Position numbers and translations under genes: made by a program. The notes beneath the pieces were generated by a model. The model was given only the letters and a program-made list of their open reading frames with translations. It was not told the DNA's origin and did no database searches. This document shows, piece by piece, positions 1 through 7,412 of a stretch of 20,000 bases of DNA; position 1 is the first letter of the stretch; each line of letters begins with the position of its first letter. This DNA comes from an uncultured virus (IMG/VR IMGVR_UViG_3300030098_005439) (taxonomy: Duplodnaviria; Heunggongvirae; Uroviricota; Caudoviricetes), in the IMG/VR virus record IMGVR_UViG_3300030098_005439, one strand, 5' to 3'.

Positions 1-38
1 TAATCAAACAATTGGTGCCCGATAAGGGCGGTGAAATA

Positions 39-305
39 ATGTTTCACCACGGCGAAAGTCATAACATATGGCGATATTGTTTACACTTAGGCCCTTGGAC
101 ATACGAAGGTCAAAACTTTGACCTTGGAATATTGCACAATCCAGGCCGGTCTGAACACCTTTCTCTTGCGGTAGTTTATGGTCCAGAAAACCATCAATAT
201 ATTTCTGGACCTACATACATAGAGTGTAGGGACGACAATATTCACAAGGCAATCAGAAACGAAGTAATCAAACGCTATGAAGCATACATAAAGGAAGGTG
301 AGTAA
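39..305 (+). CDS. hypothetical phage protein
   Basis: ORF 12..305. ATG at 39, preceded by GGCGGTGA, is a likelier start than TTG at 12. Stop overlaps the next ATG (TAATG). Confidence 0.7.
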   Translation: MFHHGESHNIWRYCLHLGPWTYEGQNFDLGILHNPGRSEHLSLAVVYGPENHQYISGPTYIECRDDNIHKAIRNEVIKRYEAYIKEGE

Positions 306-757
306 TGCTTATCTATGTACTGGATGATGGAGAAACTTGGACATTAACTGAACCGACTCCTGTTCCTGTCACGGCTGAGCAACTGGCTCGTATCGAAGGC
401 GGTGAAAAGGTTTATCGAGTTGTTCCAGATTGGGATGAACAACAGAGTGACGAGTGGGACCGGGAATCCATCGAAGCATTTTTCCGTGCTCATCCCATAA
501 CTCCCGAAGAACAAGCCTCTTTTGATCGCGCACGCATTCGACTGGCACAACAGCTTGGAGCCAGTGCAGACGATATTGCAGAAATCAAATCAGAGATTGA
601 AGCTGATGATCCCGCCCTGTTCATGGACCCGGTTGAATATGCCGAGGTATATGACAAAGCCGAGTATGACTTTATTCAAGCTGGCATCGCTGCCCGAGAA
701 AGATTGAAGAAGACTGCGATGGAATCTGCCCAAGAATATATCGACAGTGAGGAATAG
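305..757 (+). CDS. hypothetical acidic protein
   Basis: 150-aa ORF, SD AAGGTGAG, translationally coupled to the upstream gene. Confidence 0.75.
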   Translation: MLIYVLDDGETWTLTEPTPVPVTAEQLARIEGGEKVYRVVPDWDEQQSDEWDRESIEAFFRAHPITPEEQASFDRARIRLAQQLGASADDIAEIKSEIEADDPALFMDPVEYAEVYDKAEYDFIQAGIAARERLKKTAMESAQEYIDSEE

Positions 758-771
758 TAAAAGCTTATTGG

Positions 772-804
772 AAAAAGCATCGGCCTTTGTGGTCGGTGCT
801 TTTT
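772..804 (+). terminator. intrinsic terminator-like hairpin
   Basis: AAAAAGCATCGGCC-tttgt-GGTCGGTGCTTTTT, stem with two G-U pairs and a U tract. Confidence 0.75.
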
Positions 805-806
805 AC

Positions 807-840
807 TGTGCGCTTTTGCACAAACGAGAGGTAAAACATG
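807..840 (+). repeat. intergenic leader module copy (TGTGC-N6-GCACA hairpin + GAGAGGTAAAA SD)
   Basis: tgtgcgcttttgcacaaacgagaggtaaaacATG, nearly identical to 1185-1222. Confidence 0.8.
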
Positions 841-1128
841 AAAGAGAGTATTGATTCTGGTCAGGCCAAAGAAGAACTGACAGAAGAAGAAGTGAAGAAC
901 GGGAACCTTGTTCTTCACACTATAAAGGTTTGGGTAGACCACCGGGGCGAGACATCTTTGGCGGTAGACAAGAGTAAGAAAACAATCCTTGACCTCGTTC
1001 ATCGAGGTGAAGTTGTTGGACACAGACTGGATGGCGCTTCTGTTTGGGACAGAGATTCAGTAGGTCGAAGTATTTGTACTGACCCTGACCCTCCCAAAGC
1101 TTTAGAAAAGCTTCAAGAAGAATACTAA
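838..1128 (+). CDS. hypothetical protein
   Basis: 96-aa ORF with strong SD GAGAGGT. Confidence 0.75.
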   Translation: MKESIDSGQAKEELTEEEVKNGNLVLHTIKVWVDHRGETSLAVDKSKKTILDLVHRGEVVGHRLDGASVWDRDSVGRSICTDPDPPKALEKLQEEY

Positions 1129-1151
1129 GAAAGGTAGATGCTCATTGGTTT

Positions 1152-1185
1152 AGGTACCAGTTTATTGTAACTGGTGCCTTTTCTT
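1152..1185 (+). terminator. intrinsic terminator-like hairpin
   Basis: AGGTACCAGTT-tattgt-AACTGGTGCCT followed by TTTCTT. Confidence 0.7.
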
Positions 1186-1222
1186 GTGCGCTTCTGCACA
1201 AATGAGAGAGGTAAAAACAATG
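1185..1222 (+). repeat. intergenic leader module copy (TGTGC-N6-GCACA hairpin + GAGAGAGGTAAAAACA SD)
   Basis: tgtgcgcttctgcacaaatgagagaggtaaaaacaATG. Confidence 0.8.
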
Positions 1223-1825
1223 AAAGGTATAGAAGAATACTGGAAAACTGTTCGGGAAAACATCAAGGATATTGGTGGCCTGAGTATAGTGAAGCCGAAG
1301 TTATCTGTTGATGACTTAGATTCTCTGCTCTGGTTCACCGATGCTTTCAATGCCGATTGGGACTTGGAAGAAACCAGCCTTGAATCAAGAGAGTTTCACA
1401 AAACTCTTGGATGCTTGCATCCTCAAGCACAAAGGGACATGGAAACTGCTCACGATTATGTTGAGAAGTTAATCATGTATAACCTTGCCCAAGGTGGGCT
1501 GAGTTTGAAGATGAAAGACCTGACCATTAAAGAAGTTAGCTTTGATAAGCCTATCTTCTATGATGCTGAACAGTATGTAGAGTGGCATAAGAAGCTACCA
1601 ACAAGAGAGCCGAGGCTTACTCGTAAGAGAGCCAATGGTTTGTGGTGGTTGCTTACTTTTGCTGATGAGATGGAAGCTACCGCAGAACATCTTGGAATCG
1701 GAGAAGTTTACCGTGTCCTTGTAGACGGTGAACCTGGCAAGTGGGATCGTGGCAAGGCAGTTATTGCTGGCCTCGCTCGATACCATGAGAGTAGGTTCCC
1801 TACTGCGCCGAGAGGTGCAGCATGA
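1220..1825 (+). CDS. hypothetical protein
   Basis: ORF 1184..1825; start reassigned to ATG 1220 right after the GAGGT SD. Confidence 0.8.
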   Translation: MKGIEEYWKTVRENIKDIGGLSIVKPKLSVDDLDSLLWFTDAFNADWDLEETSLESREFHKTLGCLHPQAQRDMETAHDYVEKLIMYNLAQGGLSLKMKDLTIKEVSFDKPIFYDAEQYVEWHKKLPTREPRLTRKRANGLWWLLTFADEMEATAEHLGIGEVYRVLVDGEPGKWDRGKAVIAGLARYHESRFPTAPRGAA

Positions 1826-2259
1826 GAAAGATTACTAAGCAAGCTGCCGAAGCATTCTCTAATCATAGAAACTTTAGTAAGGACAATACTAAAGTAACTA
1901 CTGATGGCGGTTATGTTCGTCTGTTCCTATTCGGTAATAACATAGCCAGATTGAACACTCGCACTGGCCAACGTGAAATCACAACTTGTGGTTGGAATAC
2001 TATAACTACAAAACAAAGATTGAACGGCCTGCCTGGTGTGTCTATTCACAGCGAAGACGGTAGCGTAATCCTGAACAATAGAAAATGGGACGGCGACTGG
2101 ATAGTTGTGAACCATTGGGAAGAAACGTATGCCGCTATGTATACGCCTACGTGTGATGTATGCGGACACTGTGACAATGGCTGGTTCTATATACTGAATG
2201 GAAGACATGACTATGGAACTAAATGTCCCGCTTGTCATAGGAAAGATGTTTCCCCTTAG
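1822..2259 (+). CDS. phage hypothetical protein with C-terminal CxxC..CxxC zinc ribbon
   Basis: ATGA overlap with the upstream gene; CDVC...CPAC. The N-terminal 'LFGNNIA...GWNTITTKQRLNGL' resembles a common phage hypothetical family (recollection only). Confidence 0.75.
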   Translation: MRKITKQAAEAFSNHRNFSKDNTKVTTDGGYVRLFLFGNNIARLNTRTGQREITTCGWNTITTKQRLNGLPGVSIHSEDGSVILNNRKWDGDWIVVNHWEETYAAMYTPTCDVCGHCDNGWFYILNGRHDYGTKCPACHRKDVSP

Positions 2260-2299
2260 TTTAAGGAAAATGTTTCACTGGGTTTCAGCCCAAAGTATC

Positions 2300-2338
2300 G
2301 GACATTTTCTGTCCTTGGTTGGATGGAAAGTGTCCTTT
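2300..2338 (+). terminator. terminator-like hairpin
   Basis: GGACATTTTCTGTCC-ttggtt-GGATGGAAAGTGTCC (15 bp with 3 G-U) then TTT; followed by two more hairpins (2341-2365, 2365-2388). Confidence 0.6.
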
Positions 2339-2407
2339 ACTGTGTGCTGATGCAATCGGTATACACGCCAGGTGTTTTTGCCTGGTGTTCTATGAGGTAA
2401 AAAAACA

Positions 2408-3490
2408 ATGAGTAACAATATAGATATTGCTTATACGCTATGTATCCAAGCCGGTATCCCCGTATGTTTATGGGGGCCTCCTGGTATCGGGAAGACTGCG
2501 CGGACACATGCAATCGGCAGAGAGTTAAACAAGAAAGTTGTTGAACTTATCTGTTCTACTATGGACCCAACAGATACGGGCTTGCCCATCATTAAAGATG
2601 GTAGGTTCGAACGTGTTGCTCCGCAGTGGGCTTACGATTGTGATGACAATACAATCCTATACTTGGATGAGTTTTCTTGTACTCCCCCTGCTGTTCAGGC
2701 TGCTGCCTTGAAGATTGTAGGAGAACGGAAGTGCGGAGACTTTGCCTTGCCCAAGGGATTGTCTATTGCTTTGTCTGCTAACCCTGTCGAACAGGCTGCT
2801 GGTGGGTGGGACTTGGCTCCACCTATGGCGAACCGTATGGTTCATCTGGATTGTTCTCTATCTACCGAAGACTGGTGCGATGGTATGGTTTCCGGCTGGC
2901 CTGACATGGAAGTTACTAAGCTTCCTAAAGGTTGGAGGAAGTTGATCCCATCGAAGCGTGCTCTGGTGACGGCTTATATTAGACGTTTCCCTTCTCATCT
3001 TTTGGATCTTCCAAAGGAAGAAGAAGCCCAAGGTAAAGCATGGAGTTCTCCCCGTTCGTGGGACAACTTTTGTACTCTACTCGCTGCGGCTGAGTGCTCT
3101 GGCGTTGACGATACAGTGATTCATTATCTCGCAAAAGGTACAGTTGGTCATGCGGCTACGTCTTTTATGACGTTCCGAGAGCAACTAGATTTACCTGACC
3201 CTGAGACTCTGATCGCTGACCCGTCTTTGTATGAACACTTTGAACGTGGTGATAAGGTTCACGCAACACTAGCTAGTGTGGCTGCTGCTGTACTCGCAAA
3301 GAATACAGCGAAGCGTTGGGAAAATGGTGTCCAAGTAATGATTAATGCTGCTGAAAAAGGTGGTACTGACATCGCAGCTATTGCCTGTCGGTCCCTACTT
3401 TTGGGCGGTATGCCTTCTGGCGCCACTATCCCTGTTCAAGTGGATCGATTCTTCCCTATGTACGCTGCCGCTGGCATCGTGAAGGGGTAA
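2408..3490 (+). CDS. MoxR-like AAA+ ATPase (AAA_5 type)
   Basis: Walker A GPPGIGKT, Walker B ILYLDE, 'LSANP', 'PPMANRM' Arg finger, 'SPRSW' sensor; lies upstream of a VWA gene. Confidence 0.9.
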   Translation: MSNNIDIAYTLCIQAGIPVCLWGPPGIGKTARTHAIGRELNKKVVELICSTMDPTDTGLPIIKDGRFERVAPQWAYDCDDNTILYLDEFSCTPPAVQAAALKIVGERKCGDFALPKGLSIALSANPVEQAAGGWDLAPPMANRMVHLDCSLSTEDWCDGMVSGWPDMEVTKLPKGWRKLIPSKRALVTAYIRRFPSHLLDLPKEEEAQGKAWSSPRSWDNFCTLLAAAECSGVDDTVIHYLAKGTVGHAATSFMTFREQLDLPDPETLIADPSLYEHFERGDKVHATLASVAAAVLAKNTAKRWENGVQVMINAAEKGGTDIAAIACRSLLLGGMPSGATIPVQVDRFFPMYAAAGIVKG

Positions 3491-3492
3491 GT

Positions 3493-4356
3493 ATGAAGAC
3501 CAAGTTTACTCACGTCACTAGTGGTACTGAAAGATGGATAAGAGAACTACCTAATGAGGCTCTGCGAAAGCAGGGCCTCGACCATCATAGCTTTCAAACA
3601 TCTGTTCCTTACTATGCTTTTCCAGATAAGTCTTTGGACTTTGGAAAGCCTGGTATGCCCATACTACAAACGTCTGTTCGATGCTGTAGAAAGCATCATA
3701 AGATTGTAGTGTGGCCCGATGGTCGATTAACTTTGACCGCCCATCAGGGTAAGCGGAATCAGAGAGCGATGAAAGTAGCCCGTGCTATGGGACAGAAGTA
3801 TCGCTGTATGGATGTCTTAGAAAACTATCGACTCGTTTGTGAAGGTAGTTATCTGGCTGACAGAAAAGCTTTACCGAAAGAGTTGAGAGAAATAGCGGAC
3901 CAATGCTTTTCGATAAGGCAGACAAGGAGTAGGGTATCTCAATCGAGTAGATTCCCTAGAACCTATGACCTTAGCGAACGTATGGAGTCTCGAAGGAGAG
4001 CCATAATAAAAGAGTATAAGGAACGTATGACTGACGGTGATTATAGTATGTACTCGCCACTCCGTAATATCGAAGACGGTAGATGCGAGCACAGATCAAG
4101 GCACTATAACAAACGTTGGTTTCGTAAAGCTCTCTTGTCTGGAATCTTAGGCTCAACGCTGGTCAGGGATGGGATAAGTTTCTTCCCAACTATAATCCCT
4201 GATCACGTTCTCGAAGCTGGGCATGGATACATTCCGGCGAATGATAGTAAGGGCAAACCTTATTGGGTTCTGATTGAAAGGGCCGAAGAACACAACAGCC
4301 TACGCAAAGGTAAGAAACCTAAGTGGGAAGTGTCGTCCTTCTACCAAGATTCTTGA
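3493..4356 (+). CDS. hypothetical basic protein
   Basis: 287-aa ORF starting 2 nt after the ATPase stop, SD AAGGGG. Confidence 0.75.
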   Translation: MKTKFTHVTSGTERWIRELPNEALRKQGLDHHSFQTSVPYYAFPDKSLDFGKPGMPILQTSVRCCRKHHKIVVWPDGRLTLTAHQGKRNQRAMKVARAMGQKYRCMDVLENYRLVCEGSYLADRKALPKELREIADQCFSIRQTRSRVSQSSRFPRTYDLSERMESRRRAIIKEYKERMTDGDYSMYSPLRNIEDGRCEHRSRHYNKRWFRKALLSGILGSTLVRDGISFFPTIIPDHVLEAGHGYIPANDSKGKPYWVLIERAEEHNSLRKGKKPKWEVSSFYQDS

Positions 4357-4373
4357 ATCAGGTACAAAGAATC

Positions 4374-4404
4374 GAACACCGTTCTTCGGACCGGTGTTCC
4401 TTTC
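4374..4404 (+). terminator. cUUCGg tetraloop hairpin, terminator/processing-like
   Basis: GAACACCGTTC-TTCG-GACCGGTGTTC then CTTTC; followed by a TGTGTA...TACACA hairpin (4405-4428) and AGAGGTAAAAA SD. Confidence 0.65.
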
Positions 4405-4444
4405 TGTGTATGTGATTTTCGCTACACAAAACAAGAGGTAAAAA

Positions 4445-5665
4445 ATGCAAGTAATGAATCGTGAGATCGTCGAAGATTCTCTCCAAATAAGAGAGAAAGT
4501 CATGGCGGCTAGACTCATAGCGCAGACTAGGTGGAAATACTTTTCTTCCCAACTGCTGTCTATGGTTCTGGTCGCTAAACCTGGCAGTTCTTTTGGAACG
4601 TGTGCGACAGACTGCAAGGGTCGTTTCTATTATGACCCTGCGTTCGTCCAAAATGTTTCCGTAGAAGAACTTGCAACCATCTGGTTGCATGAATGTCTAC
4701 ACTGCTGGCTCGACCATGCGAATAGGAGGGACGGTAGGGATTCTTCCCGCTGGAATAAAGCCGTTGATCGTGAGATCAATGACGATCTAGTGGGAGAAGG
4801 TTTCCCTTTTCCTCTAAACTATCCACCTCTCTTGCCCTTTGACATCGGCCAAGAAAACGGACAACTCGCTGAGTTTTATTACGAGTGCGAGGAAGAAGAA
4901 GATGGCGAAGACGAAGGTGAGGGTGATGGCAAAGGCAAAGGCGGCGGCTCATCTATGGATGGTGAGCCTCGTGACTGGGAAGATGGGGATGAAACTCCAT
5001 CGGTACCGGAAGCCGTACAGGAATGTATCAGGCATGATGTATCTAATAAGATTGTCGAACACTCTAAAACCAGGGGGCGTGTGCCCGGTGGTTTATTACA
5101 AGAAGCTATGCGGCAGATTGAACCGCCTAAAGTTTCTTGGCAAAAAGAGTTAGCTTCTGCTGTTCGAGCGTGTGCTGCTGACGTAGCTGGCGCGGTAGAC
5201 TTTACGTACCGCCGTCCATCACGTAGGCAATCTATCTATGGTGACATAATCATGCCCGCTGTTCGTAGGCCCGTGCCCGAGACTGTGATTGTCTTGGATA
5301 CATCTGGTTCTATGTATGGTGGTGACTTAGATTCTGCCTTGAGAGAAACTCAGGGTGTTCTAAAGTCATTGGGTGGTCGCGGTATCCGCGTACTGTCCAC
5401 TGATTCTCAGGTACATTCTCGCCAAAGAGTGAGTCATACATCTAAGATTAAAGCTTTAGGTGGTGGCGGTACTGATATGAGAGTTGGGATAGTGGAAGCT
5501 AGAAAGCTGAAACCTTCCCCTGACTTATGTATCGTACTTACTGATGGGTACACTCCCTGGCCTGACAATGCCCCGAAAGGAATGAAAGTCATTGTCGGTG
5601 TGACAGGTAGGCATGGAAGGGACGGCCCGAGTTGGGCTCGAAACATTCGCATCGATGCCGAATGA
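4445..5665 (+). CDS. HExxH metallopeptidase-like + VWA domain protein (DUF2201-like)
   Basis: 'WLHECLH', 'WNKAVDREIN', acidic linker, 'YRRPSRR', MIDAS 'LDTSGSM', 'GGGTD', 'LTDG'. Confidence 0.88.
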   Translation: MQVMNREIVEDSLQIREKVMAARLIAQTRWKYFSSQLLSMVLVAKPGSSFGTCATDCKGRFYYDPAFVQNVSVEELATIWLHECLHCWLDHANRRDGRDSSRWNKAVDREINDDLVGEGFPFPLNYPPLLPFDIGQENGQLAEFYYECEEEEDGEDEGEGDGKGKGGGSSMDGEPRDWEDGDETPSVPEAVQECIRHDVSNKIVEHSKTRGRVPGGLLQEAMRQIEPPKVSWQKELASAVRACAADVAGAVDFTYRRPSRRQSIYGDIIMPAVRRPVPETVIVLDTSGSMYGGDLDSALRETQGVLKSLGGRGIRVLSTDSQVHSRQRVSHTSKIKALGGGGTDMRVGIVEARKLKPSPDLCIVLTDGYTPWPDNAPKGMKVIVGVTGRHGRDGPSWARNIRIDAE

Positions 5666-5669
5666 TGAA

Positions 5670-5732
5670 TGACGAAACGATTCCCTGGTTTCAGGGAGTC
5701 GTCTGCGGATAGCTACCGCACTGATGAGATCA
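5670..5732 (+). ncRNA. type II hammerhead ribozyme
   Basis: C-GAAAC (5673-5678), stem III hairpin (GATTCCCTG-gttt-CAGGGAGTC), GUC cleavage triplet (5701-5703), stem I hairpin (TGCGG-atagcta-CCGCA), CTGATGA-G (5721-5728). Stem II is TGAC / G(A)TCA with a 1-nt bulge. Confidence 0.85.
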
Positions 5733-5734
5733 AC

Positions 5735-5756
5735 GTTGGGTCGCTCCCAACTTTTT
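5735..5756 (+). terminator. short hairpin plus U tract downstream of the ribozyme
   Basis: GTTGGG-tcgct-CCCAAC-TTTTT. Confidence 0.5.
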
Positions 5757-5773
5757 AATAGAGGTAAGAAACA

Positions 5774-6631
5774 ATGGAAGAAAAAGAAATCTCAATTGGC
5801 GGCGCTGTTACCGTGTGGAAATCAGCACCGGCAGTAAGAAGCTACGTACAAAAGAAACTAATCACCATCGGTGTTGGTGACTTTTGCCCTGAGCCTACAA
5901 CCAGGCATGTCGCTCTCCGTAATGCTCTTAAAAGCCAATACGGAAGTGAGTCTGTCAAGACGCTGCCTGGTTTCGCAAACTTTGCTGTGATTAACGCATC
6001 TGTTTCCAGCAAAAACTGGGAGGGCCAAGCAAAAGTCATCGTTAAATCTGAGCACGATGGGCTTACATTTCACAGTCCGAATGATGAATACGATGATAAA
6101 GGTGGCCTTGAACAAGTGACTATCGATAACATCAATGAGTTGTTCGAAGCTGAGTTGAGTTGCATCCCGGCCAATGATGTGTCGAAGATGCTAGTCAAGT
6201 TGGCTCACCATGTAGGCGGTATGGCCTGTGCTTCTGGCGCGGGTGGCGCTTACTGGATTCCAAAAGATTCTTTGAGTCTTTGGAAAGAGATTGCGGATAC
6301 TGTTGAAGGTTCTTCGCGGGGCAGGTCATCGTCCAAAGTATTCATGTTCACTACAGCTATGGACGATGAAGCTGTCCGCGCTGTTGTCGGTTCTTTGGAG
6401 AACAATATCTTCAAAGAGTTGAAGGACATGGAAGACGAGATTGCTTCTGGCAAGTTGAAGAAACGTGCCTTGGAATCTCGACAGCGTGCCCTTGGTGAGA
6501 AGCGAGAAACGATTCGAGAGTATGAAAGTATGCTCGGAGTTACTCTCAAGAAACTTCACAAGGCAGTTGAGCAGACAAAGAAGAACAGTGTTCTTGCTGC
6601 TATGCTCTCTTTGGGAGGCGATGAGTCATAG
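5774..6631 (+). CDS. DUF6744/DUF3150-like helical phage protein
   Basis: 285 aa, 'GGAYWIP' motif then a long coiled-coil C-terminus; this family type often accompanies AAA+/VWA cassettes. Family call is from memory. Confidence 0.65.
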   Translation: MEEKEISIGGAVTVWKSAPAVRSYVQKKLITIGVGDFCPEPTTRHVALRNALKSQYGSESVKTLPGFANFAVINASVSSKNWEGQAKVIVKSEHDGLTFHSPNDEYDDKGGLEQVTIDNINELFEAELSCIPANDVSKMLVKLAHHVGGMACASGAGGAYWIPKDSLSLWKEIADTVEGSSRGRSSSKVFMFTTAMDDEAVRAVVGSLENNIFKELKDMEDEIASGKLKKRALESRQRALGEKRETIREYESMLGVTLKKLHKAVEQTKKNSVLAAMLSLGGDES

Positions 6632-6641
6632 ATACTCCATT

Positions 6642-6676
6642 ACCCCTGAGCACCTGAACGGGTGTTCAGGGGTTTT
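6642..6676 (+). terminator. strong intrinsic terminator ending the early region
   Basis: ACCCCTGAGCACCT-gaac-GGGTGTTCAGGGGT-TTT. Confidence 0.85.
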
Positions 6677-6698
6677 GGTGTGCTTATGAAGCATAAAA

Positions 6699-6871
6699 GG
6701 CTAGTGGGGTAATAGACACCCTACCGATAATCACCCTATGTGAAACAACCAACCAACTAACATGGGTCATTAGACAGTAGACAGTGTTAGCGTCATTAGT
6801 TGAAGGAAGAATATAGTATATAGAGTTTGGTGTGGTGTGGAAAACAACCCACTAGTCACCCCTACTAGTCA
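6699..6871. other. candidate replication origin
   Basis: Longest non-coding gap. GGCTAGTGGG (6699-6708) is inverted against CCCACTAGTC (6848-6857); ACTAGTCA occurs twice (6851, 6864); AT-rich AATATAGTATATAG at 6810-6823; lies upstream of the primase-helicase. Confidence 0.4.
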
Positions 6872-6933
6872 GGTTGTGAACCACCCTTGACAGGTATGAT
6901 CTACTCAGTTACCCCATACGAAGGAGGTTCGAA

Positions 6934-7353
6934 ATGGGAAAGGGAGAATTGCAGAAGCTACTAGAAGCGGCACAAACCGCTTCTGGTTTTTCTAAAGAAC
7001 AGATCCTAGAAGAAAGTCTAGCCCTGTTCTTAGCGAATCACGGGAACGCTTCTGGTCCAGTCAATAGCAGGGCCAGCAAGTATGATACCCTGGATGCCGC
7101 TAAACTATTGTCCGCCGCTCATACGTTGGCGGCATCGGATGACGGTATCCGTATCTGCTCATTCACTATGGATGAGTTGTTGGATACAGCATTTCCAGAA
7201 AAGGTTTTACTAGCCGAACATGACGTGAAGGTTTGGGCTGGTAGGCTCTTAGCTGCGGCAGGTTTTGAGCGTCGTCAGGTGCGGCGACGTGGTGGCTTGC
7301 GCCCCCTGGTATGGGAGCGTAGTTACATGGTAGAAAATGGCACTAATACTTAA
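6934..7353 (+). CDS. putative DNA-binding protein (RHH-like N-terminus, winged-helix-like C-terminus)
   Basis: SD AAGGAGG; 'LLEAAQTASGFSKEQILEESL' is RHH-like; 'AGRLLAAAGFERRQVRRRGGLRPLVWER' resembles the wHTH wing of phage primase C-termini. Confidence 0.6.
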   Translation: MGKGELQKLLEAAQTASGFSKEQILEESLALFLANHGNASGPVNSRASKYDTLDAAKLLSAAHTLAASDDGIRICSFTMDELLDTAFPEKVLLAEHDVKVWAGRLLAAAGFERRQVRRRGGLRPLVWERSYMVENGTNT

Positions 7354-7365
7354 CCCTAAAAAGAT

Positions 7366-7398
7366 GTCCCGAAGCCGGGGAGCAACCGACTTCGGGAC
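7366..7398 (+). promoter_or_regulatory. stable hairpin just upstream of the primase start
   Basis: GTCCCGAAG-c-CGG-ggagcaa-CCG-a-CTTCGGGAC; no long U tract. Confidence 0.5.
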
Positions 7399-7412
7399 TT
7401 GCGGAGATCAGA

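Noticed and set aside
807..822. TGTGC-N6-GCACA as a CRP/FNR-type DNA operator
   Set aside because: Only two copies keep this spacing. The other copies change spacing and use G-U pairs, which fits RNA hairpins better. Not fully excluded.
1662..1668. Other CTGATGA hammerhead-core heptamers (also 10495 and 16907)
   Set aside because: They lie inside coding regions and I saw no accompanying GAAAC/GUC stems.
6887..6915. TTGACA promoter upstream of the 6934 gene
   Set aside because: The -35 is perfect but there is no convincing -10 at 16-18 bp spacing.
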